In this document: in pieces, positions 10,407-20,652 of the stretch | Numbering within the stretch: the first letter of the stretch is position 1 | How the letters are laid out: each line of letters starts with the position of its first letter | Assembly (NCBI GenBank): GCA_965261975.1 | Contig: CBDHEC010000043.1 | Location: 11,928-75,927 of the forward strand | Reading direction: 5' to 3' | Origin: Alphaproteobacteria bacterium | GTDB taxonomy: Bacteria > Pseudomonadota > Alphaproteobacteria > UBA6615 | Length of the DNA: 64,000 bases | Notes under the pieces: generated by a model | What the model was told of the DNA's origin: nothing | Databases searched by the model: none | The model's input: only the letters and a program-made list of their open reading frames with translations | Translations under genes and position numbers: made by a program

Positions 10407-10766
10407 GCATCAAATCCGTGTAAACGTCGCTGAAATTGGGACAGTCAGATCGCGTACGAATTACCACATCTCGTCGGTCGCCGCCAGCGATACACAAGTT
10501 GTCGCGTCGAAATCGTGTGGACAACGACATCACCGAGTTTTTCGCGCCGCAGCATTTTTGACGTAGTGCAGCCATAGTCATCGATACAAAAAACGAGTCT
10601 TCGTTCCGACAGCCAAAGTCGCCTTTTAGTCCAGTTCCATCTGTTCATTTCGCTCTTTCCGAAAAGTACTGACGATTATTCGAAAGGCGTATTGACTGGC
10701 TCCCACCTGCATGCGATCACGATTGCCAACTGCATGCCAAAGCAAACGCAGGATTTGGGGGGACAA

Positions 10767-11183
10767 ATGACAGAAAACAATCCTGACAACTTGTCTCGTG
10801 ACGAACTTCTTCGGATGACCACCCGCGTCGTATCTGCGTATGTCGGCAACAACCCCATTCCGGAAAACCAAATTTCAGAAGTCATCCAGTCGGTCTATCG
10901 CAGCCTCGAGGGTCTCGGCGGCGGCGCGGCGAGCGTTCAGACCAAACAGAAACCCGCCGTCCCGGTGAAGCGTTCGATCACGCCAGACCACATCATATGT
11001 CTGGAAGACGGCAAAAAGCTGAAGATGCTCAAGCGCTACCTCCGCACCGCATATAATCTGACCCCCGAAGAGTACCGGGCCAAATGGGGCCTATCGGCCG
11101 ATTATCCGATGGTGGCGCCGAACTATGCGAAGCAGCGTTCGGCGTTTGCGAAAGAGATCGGCCTCGGAAAGCGCGCACGTTAG
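10767..11183 (+). CDS. mucR: MucR/Ros family zinc-finger nucleoid-associated regulator
   Basis: VSAYVGNN, PAVPVKRSITPDHIICLEDGKKLKMLKRYL, YPMVAPNY; AT-rich upstream region. Confidence 0.93.
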   Translation: MTENNPDNLSRDELLRMTTRVVSAYVGNNPIPENQISEVIQSVYRSLEGLGGGAASVQTKQKPAVPVKRSITPDHIICLEDGKKLKMLKRYLRTAYNLTPEEYRAKWGLSADYPMVAPNYAKQRSAFAKEIGLGKRAR

Positions 11184-11208
11184 CGGCGCAGTCCGACGGT
11201 CATCTGGA

Positions 11209-11421
11209 TCAGACGAATACGCCGCCGCGGCCCAAGGGCGCCGGCTGGCGCTTTTCCAACATATAACGAAGTTTAGCCATCGCCGTTCGGCGCAGCGCCT
11301 CCTCGCCTGCATTGGCCGGGCCGACGATCGAGACTTCCAGCCCCGTGTCCGGATCGACCGCGCACACTTTCACGGCGTTCCCCACAGGGGAAAACTCGAA
11401 AATCACGCTGCCTCCCGCCAT
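11209..11421 (-). CDS. Small conserved protein (DUF6898-like)
   Basis: VIFEFSPVGNAVKVCAVDPDTGLEVSIVGPA resembles a small alphaproteobacterial family, from memory. Confidence 0.7.
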   Translation of the reverse strand: MAGGSVIFEFSPVGNAVKVCAVDPDTGLEVSIVGPANAGEEALRRTAMAKLRYMLEKRQPAPLGRGGVFV

Positions 11422-11541
11422 GCTTCGGGCCTTGGCGTGCGGAAGTCTGGCCATTCGACTTGCTCTCCACGGTGATGGTCAGTGCAAATACACCGGCTTA
11501 TAGTCGGGTGCTGAAAAACGTCCCACGGGAGGAACGGTTCC

Positions 11542-11925
11542 ATGAAAGCGACTAAAGAAAAATTTAGTGTTAAGCACGCACGAGATGCCGAATGGAAAAA
11601 AGGACTGCGGGAGGACTTCGAATACGCCGACCTGGGCATCCGCGACGCGACTAAGGGCCAGTTCAGCGCCCACGTCATTCGCATTGCCGATCCTGCAGCG
11701 GATCATCACACCGGCAAACATGCGCATATGACCGACTTCCAGATGATCTATGTCTTGCAGGGCGAGGCCCGCTTCTGGTTCGACGGCGAGGGCGAAATAA
11801 GCGTTTCCAAGGGTGATTGTTTCTATCAGCCCGATGGAATCATGCACGACGCGCTTTGGATGTCGGAAGACTGCGAACTTCTCGAAATTACCTCGCCGGG
11901 CGAGTTCGAAACCGTAAGGGACTGA
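11542..11925 (+). CDS. Cupin-domain protein
   Basis: H-x-H...FQMIYVLQG...GDCFYQPDGIMH cupin motifs; GGAGG RBS. Confidence 0.85.
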   Translation: MKATKEKFSVKHARDAEWKKGLREDFEYADLGIRDATKGQFSAHVIRIADPAADHHTGKHAHMTDFQMIYVLQGEARFWFDGEGEISVSKGDCFYQPDGIMHDALWMSEDCELLEITSPGEFETVRD

Positions 11926-12044
11926 GCGGTTGCGTCTCACATCGTGGGGCGATAATCAGACCGAATGCCGGAGAACGGCCGATTTACATTCTTATTGTGG
12001 TGCCTCTTCGATAACGACGCACCGAATTTGCAGGAGTTAAGGTC

Positions 12045-13268
12045 ATGAGTGTCGCCGAAAACGCAGAACCGACACGCGCCAGTGCGGAAAAGCCGCGCTT
12101 CCAGAGGGACGACCCACTTCTGCTCGACGATGCGCTCGACGAAGACGAGCGGATGGTCCGCGATATGGCCCGGAGCTATTGCCAGGAAAAACTGCTGCCG
12201 CGGATCCTCGAGGCCAACCGCAACGAGACCTTCGACCGCGAGATCATGAACGAGTTCGGCGAGCTGGGGATGCTGGGCTCAACCCTGCCGGAGGAATATG
12301 GCTGCGCGGGCGTGAACCATGTCTGTTACGGGCTTATCGCGCGCGAGGTCGAACGTGTCGATTCCGGCTACCGCTCGGCGCTGTCGGTACAATCGTCACT
12401 GGTGATGTGGCCGATCTACGAATATGGCTCGGAAGACCAACGCATGAAGTGTCTCCCGAAACTGGCCACCGGCGAATGGGTGGGTGCGTTCGGGCTGACC
12501 GAGCCCGACCATGGCTCCGATCCGGGCGGTATGGTGACCCGGGCGAAGACGGTCGATGGCGGTTTTTCCCTGTCGGGCGCGAAAATGTGGATCTCCAACG
12601 CGCCGATCGCCGACGTGTTCGTTGTCTGGGCGAAGGACGATGAGGACATCATCCGCGGCTTCATCCTGGAGCGCGGCATGGAGGGCCTGTCGACTCCCAA
12701 GATCGAGGGCAAGTTTTCCCTGCGCGCATCGGCCACCGGCGAGGTGGTGATGGACGAGGTCTTCGTGCCGGCGGAGAACAAGCTTCCGAACGCACGCGGT
12801 CTCGGCGGTCCGTTCGGCTGCCTCAACAAGGCGCGCTACGGCATCTCCTGGGGCGCCATGGGTGCCGCGGAGGCGTGCTGGCATGCGGCTCGCGATTACA
12901 CCCTCGAGCGCAAGCAGTTCGGCCGCCCATTGGCTGCCAACCAGCTCATCCAGAAGAAACTCGCGGACATGCAGACCGAGATCACCCTGGGCCTGCATGG
13001 CAGCCTGCGGCTCGGGCGGCTGATTGATGAGGGCAAATCGACTCCGGAGATGATCTCACTGATGAAGCGCAACAACGCCGGCAAGGCGCTCGACATCGCC
13101 CGGGTCGCGCGCGACATGCATGGCGGCAACGGGATCTCGGACGAGTATCACGTCATCCGGCATGTGATGAATCTGGAATCCGTGAACACCTATGAAGGCA
13201 CCCACGACATCCATGCGCTGATCCTCGGCCGCGCGCAGACCGGGCTGCAGGCCTTCACGGGCGCCTGA
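12045..13268 (+). CDS. gcdH: Glutaryl-CoA dehydrogenase-type acyl-CoA dehydrogenase
   Basis: [55 protein letters not shown]. Confidence 0.9.
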   Translation: MSVAENAEPTRASAEKPRFQRDDPLLLDDALDEDERMVRDMARSYCQEKLLPRILEANRNETFDREIMNEFGELGMLGSTLPEEYGCAGVNHVCYGLIAREVERVDSGYRSALSVQSSLVMWPIYEYGSEDQRMKCLPKLATGEWVGAFGLTEPDHGSDPGGMVTRAKTVDGGFSLSGAKMWISNAPIADVFVVWAKDDEDIIRGFILERGMEGLSTPKIEGKFSLRASATGEVVMDEVFVPAENKLPNARGLGGPFGCLNKARYGISWGAMGAAEACWHAARDYTLERKQFGRPLAANQLIQKKLADMQTEITLGLHGSLRLGRLIDEGKSTPEMISLMKRNNAGKALDIARVARDMHGGNGISDEYHVIRHVMNLESVNTYEGTHDIHALILGRAQTGLQAFTGA

Positions 13269-13286
13269 TCCCCGACCGGGAACCGG

Positions 13287-13880
13287 TCAGCAATTTTCGG
13301 TATCAGCCTCGGGCGAGAAGTTCACGCAGAACTTCGTGGAATCTTCGCAACTGAGCTCGGCCTGCTTCAGGCCGCACATCATGTTGCCGCCCGCCGTTTC
13401 GCCGTCGAAATGCCCGCATGTCTGGCAGATGCCAAGATCCTGCCCGCCACACCGTGACTGCATATCGGAGCAAAGCCGCGCCAGGCCGGCGGCCATAGTG
13501 TCTACGGTTTCCGCCGGCAAGTTTGAAATAGCCTTGTCGAGGCAATTGAGCGGATCCTCGTCCAGCAATCCAGCGCCGAGTTCCGTCAGTTCGATATGGC
13601 GCACACGCCGGTCATCGGGGTCGGGCACGCGACGGAGATAACCCTTTTTTTCGAGCGCGTTCAGGGTCTGGCTTGCCGTACCCTTGGTTGTGCCGAGAAA
13701 CGCTGCAAGGGCACCGGGCGTGCGCGAGAAGCGATTTGCCTGGCCGATAAAGCGCAGGCAGTCCCATTGCGCCGGATTCAAGCCATGACAATATTGCAAC
13801 CCACGTGACATCCTGCCGAGACGGTCCAGGAGCCGTGAAAGGTCTTCTTTGTCAATATTATCAGTGGCTTGGGAGCCCAT
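13287..13880 (-). CDS. MarR-family regulator with Cys-rich C-terminal extension
   Basis: GLNPAQW, TKGTASQTLNALEKKGYL, DDRR..HIELT winged helix; C-terminal CQTC...C...C...C; 11 Cys in total. Confidence 0.88.
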   Translation of the reverse strand: MGSQATDNIDKEDLSRLLDRLGRMSRGLQYCHGLNPAQWDCLRFIGQANRFSRTPGALAAFLGTTKGTASQTLNALEKKGYLRRVPDPDDRRVRHIELTELGAGLLDEDPLNCLDKAISNLPAETVDTMAAGLARLCSDMQSRCGGQDLGICQTCGHFDGETAGGNMMCGLKQAELSCEDSTKFCVNFSPEADTENC

Positions 13881-13944
13881 GTCTACCTGTTCTCAATGCA
13901 CTTCAATCGAGCCAAAATAGGCAATATCTTATATCATTTGGATA

Positions 13945-14013
13945 ATATCGAGTCGATATCACCTTGTATCCGGCTGGCTCCGTGCGTATATTCTTTTCAT
14001 ATCGAGTCGAAAC
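13945..14013. promoter_or_regulatory. Two palindromic operators flanking a sigma70-type promoter of rpoH
   Basis: ATATCGA-G-TCGATAT (13945-13959, perfect) and ATATCGAGTCGAAAC (13999-14013) bracket CTTGTA-N17-GTATAT (13963-13991). Confidence 0.65.
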
Positions 14014-14078
14014 CAAAACCATCATTGATCCTTGCGGGATATAGCCCCCCGCCCCGATTTGTCAAAGGACAGAATATC

Positions 14079-14972
<894 letters not shown>

Positions 14973-14990
14973 TACAGGCAACCAAACGAC

Positions 14991-15024
14991 AAAAAGGGCG
15001 GCTGCACATGCAGCCGCCCTTTTT
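14991..15024. terminator. Bidirectional intrinsic terminator between rpoH and ldtR
   Basis: AAAAA-GGGCGGCTGCA-CA-TGCAGCCGCCC-TTTTT. Confidence 0.85.
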
Positions 15025-15047
15025 CGTTCCGATGTATCCGTTGGCGC

Positions 15048-15542
15048 CTAGGCCGCCGTCTCCACCCGGGAGAACTCAGCAACGCGCGGTCCGAACCCGA
15101 GTTGCTGGAGCCAGAAGCGTTCCACGTCACGCAGACTTTCGTTGGCGGCCGCCAGATTTTCCTCGTCGATGGAATCTTCCACGGCTTCAACATGGCGTTC
15201 GAACATCTGTTCGAGCAGACGGCTAAGCTCGAGGCCCTTTTCCGTCAGCTTAACGCGCACGGAGCGGCGGTCATGGGAGGAGCGTTCCTGGTGGAGGTAT
15301 CCATGCTCGGTCATCTTCTTGACGTTGTAGGACACGTTCGAGCCGAGATAGTAGCCGCGCAGTGTCAGCTCACCGACAGTCATCTCGTCGCCGCCAATAT
15401 TATAGAGGATCAAAGCCTGCACGTTATTGATGTCGCGAATATCGTGACCTTCAAGCTCTGACTTGATCACTTCAAGGAACTGGCGATGCATCCGTTCGAG
15501 CAGGACGATCGTCGCTAGATATGTCTGTTTCATTGCCTGCAT
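15048..15542 (-). CDS. ldtR: LdtR-type MarR-family transcriptional regulator
   Basis: ERMHRQFLEVIK, DINNVQALILYNIG, GELTLRGYYLGSNVSYNVKK signature. Confidence 0.82.
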   Translation of the reverse strand: MQAMKQTYLATIVLLERMHRQFLEVIKSELEGHDIRDINNVQALILYNIGGDEMTVGELTLRGYYLGSNVSYNVKKMTEHGYLHQERSSHDRRSVRVKLTEKGLELSRLLEQMFERHVEAVEDSIDEENLAAANESLRDVERFWLQQLGFGPRVAEFSRVETAA

Positions 15543-15590
15543 CTCCCGCTTTCCGAGCGCTAATTCGAGCATGCAGGATCGCAGACACAG

Positions 15591-15606
15591 GTTAAGGATG
15601 GCTTAA
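15591..15606 (-). promoter_or_regulatory. Consensus CtrA binding site upstream of ldtR
   Basis: Minus strand reads TTAA-GCCATCC-TTAAC (TTAA-N7-TTAAC). Confidence 0.6.
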
Positions 15607-15696
15607 ATCACCCGCGTAACATGGCACGCAGGAGCAACCTCTCTTATCCTTGCGTCTGCGACGCGAAAGGCCAGCTATTCCAGCCCGAAACGGGAT

Positions 15697-16938
15697 CTAC
15701 TCGGCCGCCAGCACAGGCTCGAAATCGGGGATATCGAGCTCCGGCAGAACCTTCTCCATGAAGATTTCCAGCTCCTCGATCACCTTTTCCTTCGGGCACA
15801 TCGCATAGTGCCAGATGAGGCAGATATACTCCGACGGTATGCGCTCATAGGTGTGCTTCCACTCCGCAATCGTGTCCTCGACAGATCCGCCGATGAAAAT
15901 GCCGGTATCGACCATACGGTCGACCATGGCTTCGTCGCTGTCGACACCGTCGACCAGGAACGGAAAGAAGGAGCCGTAGATATTCTTGTAGAACTCGGCG
16001 TCATAGGCCGCGAGCTGCTCGCGGAAATGCGCCTTGTCGCGTGAGAAATGCGGCCAGCGCACGATCGTCTGGTTGGCACCAAACTGCAGGTCCCGTCCGG
16101 TCTTCTGGCCTTCATCCACATAGACCTTGGCCAGCTCGACCAAGTGATCGAGCGGGGTGAAATACACCGGCGAGAAACCGTTCTTCGAACAGAAGCGTAT
16201 CGAGTCAGGACTGGCACTCACGGCGACGAACACCGGCGGGTGGGGGTCCTGATAGGGTTGCGGGACGACAGAGACACGCCGGACAGTCGTCCCGTCATCA
16301 TCTATTTCACCCGGTGCACCCATGCGCTGTGCGACGGGAGCGGCGGGGAAATTCTCGACCCCCGTGTCGTAGGGATAGGGCGCCTTGTAATACTTGCCGT
16401 CGAACGAAACCGTCTCGTTCTTCCAGCAATCGACGACCTGCAGAACGCGTTCCTCGAACAATTCGCGGTTGCGCACGTCAACCTCGCCGCCGTTGGATGA
16501 CGTCGCCTGCGCGTCGACATACTGGCCCAGGATATGCGCCCACCGGGCCTGATAGCCCCGCGCGAACCCGGCGAAATACTTGCCCTGGGTCACATGGTCC
16601 ATGACCGCCATTTCCTCGGCCATCCGGATCGGGTCCCGCGTGGCCGCGACATAGCCGATGGTCCCGACACGCGCGTTCTTTACATGCTGGGACCACATGG
16701 CGTTGACGATGCCGGGGCTGGGGGCGAGCTCATAACCTTCGGAATGGAGATGATGCTCGATAGTGCTGACGCCCCAGACACCAAGGTCATCGGCCGCTTT
16801 GACGATGTCGACCATCTCGTGCAGCACCGTGTTGTAGATCTCCGAATTCCGCCCGATCGGCCGTTTTGCCGCGCGATCCGCCTCATCCACGGCCGGCAAC
16901 ACCGGATACATGTTCACAATGACTTTTGGTTTCGCCAT
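15697..16938 (-). CDS. LLM-class (luciferase-like) flavin-dependent monooxygenase
   Basis: AADDLG..STIEHH, DPIRMAEEMAVMDHVTQG, GFARGYQ, PQPYQDPHPP. Confidence 0.88.
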   Translation of the reverse strand: MAKPKVIVNMYPVLPAVDEADRAAKRPIGRNSEIYNTVLHEMVDIVKAADDLGVWGVSTIEHHLHSEGYELAPSPGIVNAMWSQHVKNARVGTIGYVAATRDPIRMAEEMAVMDHVTQGKYFAGFARGYQARWAHILGQYVDAQATSSNGGEVDVRNRELFEERVLQVVDCWKNETVSFDGKYYKAPYPYDTGVENFPAAPVAQRMGAPGEIDDDGTTVRRVSVVPQPYQDPHPPVFVAVSASPDSIRFCSKNGFSPVYFTPLDHLVELAKVYVDEGQKTGRDLQFGANQTIVRWPHFSRDKAHFREQLAAYDAEFYKNIYGSFFPFLVDGVDSDEAMVDRMVDTGIFIGGSVEDTIAEWKHTYERIPSEYICLIWHYAMCPKEKVIEELEIFMEKVLPELDIPDFEPVLAAE

Positions 16939-17119
16939 CTGTTGTTCCCCCCAATTCGTTTGCGCCCACCCCGGCGCATGACACTCCTGCAAAAAGAAAC
17001 GCAAATACCTCGCAAAACTATAGGCGCAGATCATCTGTCGTGGAAAGTGCGCGGGGCTTGGACCCGAGGCCGGTTGCGTCTATGTTTCCGGCCCTTTCAG
17101 CCATTGCTCAGGAGCGGTC

Positions 17120-18136
17120 ATGACCCGCGGCCCCTCGACACCGGTTGGTGCCTTTCCGCAGACACGCATGCGTCGAAATCGACGCTGGGATTGGTCGCGC
17201 CGCATGGTGCGCGAGAATCTTCTATCGCCGGACGATTTTATCTGGCCGATCTTCGTTTGCGACGGCAAGGATCGGACAGAAGAGATCCCGACCATGCCGG
17301 GGGTCATTCGCTATTCTCCCGATCGCCTGCCCGCCGCCGTCGGTGAAGCCAAGGCGCTGGGCATTCCTTCGGTCGCACTCTTCCCCGCGACCCCCGCGGA
17401 GCTCAAGACCCCCGACGGCGCGGAAGCATGGAACCCCGACAATCTGGTCTGTCGGGCCATTCGCGAAATCAAGAACGCGCACCCGGATATCGGCGTTATG
17501 TGCGATGTCGCCCTCGACCCGTTCAACTCCGACGGCCATGACGGGATCGTGCGTGACGGCCATGTGGTCAACGACGAGACCATCGAGGCGCTGTGCCGCC
17601 AGGCGCTGGTCCAGGTCGAGGCCGGCTGCGACATCATCGCGCCATCCGACATGATGGACGGCCGCATTGGCGCCCTGCGCACCGCGCTCGACGCGGAGGG
17701 CTATGACCGCGTGCTCCTGATGTCCTACGCCGCGAAATTCTCGTCGGGCTTCTACGGCCCGTTCCGGGATGCCATCGACAGCGCTGGTTTTCTGAAGGGC
17801 GAGACCAAGGACACCTACCAGATGGACCCCGCCAACAGCGATGAGGCCCTGCGCGAGGTGGCGCTGGATATCGACGAAGGCGCGGACATGATCATGGTGA
17901 AGCCGGGACTGCCTTATCTCGATATCATCCAGCGGGTGAAATCCCAGTTCGGTATCCCGACCTTCGCCTACAATGTGAGCGGCGAATACGCGATGCTGCG
18001 TTTCGCGGCCGACAATGGCGCGCTGGACTATCAGCGCGTGATGATGGAAACCCTGATGGCATTCAAGCGCGCGGGCTGCAGCGGCGTGCTGACCTATTTC
18101 GCCATCGATGCGGCCCGGCTTCTCAATGGCGAATGA
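17120..18136 (+). CDS. hemB: Porphobilinogen synthase (ALA dehydratase)
   Basis: RMRRNR, DVALDPF..DGHDG, APSDMMDGR, SYAAKF.S.FYGPFRDA, YQMDPAN, MVKPG. Confidence 0.97.
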   Translation: MTRGPSTPVGAFPQTRMRRNRRWDWSRRMVRENLLSPDDFIWPIFVCDGKDRTEEIPTMPGVIRYSPDRLPAAVGEAKALGIPSVALFPATPAELKTPDGAEAWNPDNLVCRAIREIKNAHPDIGVMCDVALDPFNSDGHDGIVRDGHVVNDETIEALCRQALVQVEAGCDIIAPSDMMDGRIGALRTALDAEGYDRVLLMSYAAKFSSGFYGPFRDAIDSAGFLKGETKDTYQMDPANSDEALREVALDIDEGADMIMVKPGLPYLDIIQRVKSQFGIPTFAYNVSGEYAMLRFAADNGALDYQRVMMETLMAFKRAGCSGVLTYFAIDAARLLNGE

Positions 18137-18776
18137 CGAAGACGCGCCGGCAACCGGGGCCGAACTCCCGGCCACGGCACCCGAACCCCTGATTGTCCGC
18201 TACAGCCAGCGAGTTCAATTCTGGCGCCTGCTCGCGATCCTGGCACTCGCGGCCATGTGTCTGATCATCCCGTTCGCTGCCGAGGGCCCCGTCGAGGATT
18301 CGTGGCGGTTTGCCGGTGTGCTCATCGCCGCGGCGCTGGTCTGGGCCGTCGTCACGTTCATGCGGATGCAGAACCGCGACGCGCAGGTCCTGGTTGACGA
18401 GAACGGTGTGTATTTCCGGGAATGGCTGTGCGGCACCGTTCCCTGGAACAATATCGTGTTCATTGCCCATTCGAGTCAGGTTCGCCGCGGCATCGTCGCC
18501 TCGATCACCCGCACGCGCAAAAAACCTTATCTGCTGTTCAAGTTCGCCGAACTGCCCAAGGTGCGCCCCACCGCGCCGGTCCCGTTCTCCTGGCTGCAAT
18601 TCGTGCGCGCGGAGTTCGGAATTCAGGAACCGATCATGCAGCAATACGGCCTCGATACGCCCGTGAACGATATCCTCGCATCGATTCAGGAGCACATCGC
18701 CTACTGGGAGAGCCAGCAACCGGACCTGCCTGTCGAAATACCGGCACCGGAATCCGACGGCCAACAATCCCCATAA
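18126..18776 (+). CDS. Hypothetical membrane protein (2 TM helices plus soluble C-terminal domain)
   Basis: Two hydrophobic segments, overlap with the hemB end, coding-like codon usage. Confidence 0.65.
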   Translation: MANDEDAPATGAELPATAPEPLIVRYSQRVQFWRLLAILALAAMCLIIPFAAEGPVEDSWRFAGVLIAAALVWAVVTFMRMQNRDAQVLVDENGVYFREWLCGTVPWNNIVFIAHSSQVRRGIVASITRTRKKPYLLFKFAELPKVRPTAPVPFSWLQFVRAEFGIQEPIMQQYGLDTPVNDILASIQEHIAYWESQQPDLPVEIPAPESDGQQSP

Positions 18777-18786
18777 GGGCCACGCC

Positions 18787-18861
18787 TAATTTACGCATAT
18801 TATTGTGTAAATAATATAATTTACGCACTCGACTTGTCATTACTGCCTCTGCGCTCTAACT
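18787..18861 (+). promoter_or_regulatory. AT-rich repeat/palindrome array plus sigma70-type promoter of the peroxiredoxin gene
   Basis: TAATTTACGCA at 18787 and 18817; TTTACGCA-N6-TGTGTAAA inverted repeat; CTTGTC-N17-CTAACT at 18833-18861. Confidence 0.55.
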
Positions 18862-18953
18862 AACCCTCAGATTGTCAAACAGACCGCGCATCATTGCGCT
18901 GCGGCAGCCGACACCCGGCCGCCGATGGGGATCCATAAAGAGGAGAGACAAAC

Positions 18954-19613
18954 ATGACGGTACAGATCGGAAATACTGCGCCCGACTTCGAGGCACAGAC
19001 GACGGAAGGCACCATCAACTTCCATGATTGGCTGGGCGACAGCTGGGGCGTGCTGTTCTCGCACCCCAAGGATTTCACCCCGGTCTGCACGACCGAGCTG
19101 GGCTATATGGCGAAGCTCAAGCCCGAGTTCGACAAACGCGACGTCAAGATCATCGGCCTGAGCGTCGACCCGGTCGACGACCATGAGAAATGGGTCGGCG
19201 ATATCGAGGAAACCCAGGGCGTCAAGGTGACCTATCCGCTGATCGGTGACAGCGAGCTCACCGTCGCCAAGCTTTACGGCATGCTGCCCGCGAGCGAGGA
19301 CGGCACCTCCGAGGGCCGCACCGCCGCGACCAATGCGACCGTCCGCAATGTCTACATCGTCGGCCCGGACAAGCAGGTCAAGCTGGTGATCTCCTACCCG
19401 ATGAGCACGGGGCGCAACTTCGACGAGATCCTGCGGGTCATCGATTCCCTGCAGCTCACCGCCAACCACAAGGTTGCCACCCCGGTGAACTGGAAGGACG
19501 GCGAAGACGTCATCATCCTGCCCGCCGTCTCCGATGAAGACGCCAAGGCGGCCTACCCGGATGGCTGGAATGCGCCGCGCCCGTATCTGCGGATCGTCCC
19601 GCCGCCCAAGTAA
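18954..19613 (+). CDS. 1-Cys peroxiredoxin (Prx6 family)
   Basis: FSHPKDFTPVCTTELG, YPMSTGRNFDEILR, VATPVNW. Confidence 0.95.
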   Translation: MTVQIGNTAPDFEAQTTEGTINFHDWLGDSWGVLFSHPKDFTPVCTTELGYMAKLKPEFDKRDVKIIGLSVDPVDDHEKWVGDIEETQGVKVTYPLIGDSELTVAKLYGMLPASEDGTSEGRTAATNATVRNVYIVGPDKQVKLVISYPMSTGRNFDEILRVIDSLQLTANHKVATPVNWKDGEDVIILPAVSDEDAKAAYPDGWNAPRPYLRIVPPPK

Positions 19614-19635
19614 CCGGTTTCGGTTTTGAAATCAG

Positions 19636-19662
19636 GGGCGCCCCGGTCGGGGCGCCCTTTTT
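19636..19662 (+). terminator. Intrinsic terminator after peroxiredoxin
   Basis: GGGCGCCCCG..CGGGGCGCCC-TTTTT. Confidence 0.8.
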
Positions 19663-19668
19663 CATGCA

Positions 19669-20652
19669 CTACTGGTCCGCGGAATCCGTGTCGAAGAACC
19701 GCGCGATCACCTGATCGTGCCAGCGCCCGGTCGTGCCGTGAAATCCTACATGTCCGCCGCCCGATGCCAGCGCCAGCAGCATGGATGACGGCATGGAGGG
19801 TTTGTACTGCCGGTAAATCTCGGCCGGGATCCAAGGGTCGTCTTCGGCATGCACCAGCAAGGTCGGGGTCTCTATCCCGCTGAGGCGCGGCCCGGCCGCG
19901 CAGCGCGCATAATATTCTTCGGCATCTGCAAATCCGTTGCTCGGCGCCACCACGCCATCGTCGAACTCCCGAATAGAGGTGGCCTGTTCCATTGCGATCT
20001 GCTGCGCCGGCGAGATATCGAGCCGGCCGCCGCCCCAATCCAGCTTCATTCGGTCGAGCAGCCAGCGGTGATAGAGCCGGTTGCGCGGCGCCTCCAATCG
20101 GCGCGACACACGGTCAAGATCGAGGGGTGCCGACACCGTCACGGCGCGGGAAACCCGCGCGGCAGTCCCGTTCTCGGCCAGATACTTGAGCAAGATGTTG
20201 CCGCCGAGCGAATAACCGACCGCGAACAACCGATCCGCGCCGTAACCCATATCAGCCAGCAGGCCAAAAACCAGCACCAGGTCCTCGCTGCGGCCGGAAT
20301 GGTACATCTGTCGACAATCCCGCCGCGACGGCGCCGCGCCGCGCAAATTCAAGCGAAGCACCCCATATCCGGCCGTTAGCAAGAGGCGCGCGCTCGCCCG
20401 CACATAAGCGCTGTCCTCACACCCGGTCAGCCCATGGATCAGCACCACCAGCGTGGAATCGCCGGCGGGCCCGGCGTGTAGAACGCCGTTCAGACGGTCG
20501 CCGTTGTCCGCCGGGAAATACACCCGTTCGCCCGGCCATCGGTCCAGGTCCGCCCGGTCGCGCATGAACGTATTGCGAAGCGTTTGCAGGTCTCCGCCGA
20601 ACCAGGGTGTCCTCGCCCGGAATGGTTCGAAGACCTCCTGACGGCCGCTCAT
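19669..20652 (-). CDS. Alpha/beta hydrolase, YheT-like
   Basis: GDLQT, HGLTGCEDS, GYSLGGN, DDPWIP, GGHVGF; ATGA overlap with the upstream gene. Confidence 0.88.
   Translation of the reverse strand: MSGRQEVFEPFRARTPWFGGDLQTLRNTFMRDRADLDRWPGERVYFPADNGDRLNGVLHAGPAGDSTLVVLIHGLTGCEDSAYVRASARLLLTAGYGVLRLNLRGAAPSRRDCRQMYHSGRSEDLVLVFGLLADMGYGADRLFAVGYSLGGNILLKYLAENGTAARVSRAVTVSAPLDLDRVSRRLEAPRNRLYHRWLLDRMKLDWGGGRLDISPAQQIAMEQATSIREFDDGVVAPSNGFADAEEYYARCAAGPRLSGIETPTLLVHAEDDPWIPAEIYRQYKPSMPSSMLLALASGGGHVGFHGTTGRWHDQVIARFFDTDSADQ

Noticed and set aside
10407-10766. AT-richer 360-bp rpiB/mucR intergenic region as sRNA or foreign DNA
   Set aside because: AT-rich upstream DNA is typical of autoregulated mucR/ros genes; no terminator or convincing structure.
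12448-12456. Tyr-to-Cys-looking changes at usually conserved sites (gcdH KCLP; dctM ALFCLRG near 32233)
   Set aside because: Two isolated substitutions cannot be told apart from drift or base-call error; no evidence of recoding.
15622-15637. TGGCACG-containing sigma54-like site
   Set aside because: The -12 GC is one base off and the site points away from any nearby start.
17495-17550. HemB lacks the Zn-binding Cys triad (DVALDPFNSDGHDG)
   Set aside because: Normal Asp-rich, Zn-independent type in alphaproteobacteria.
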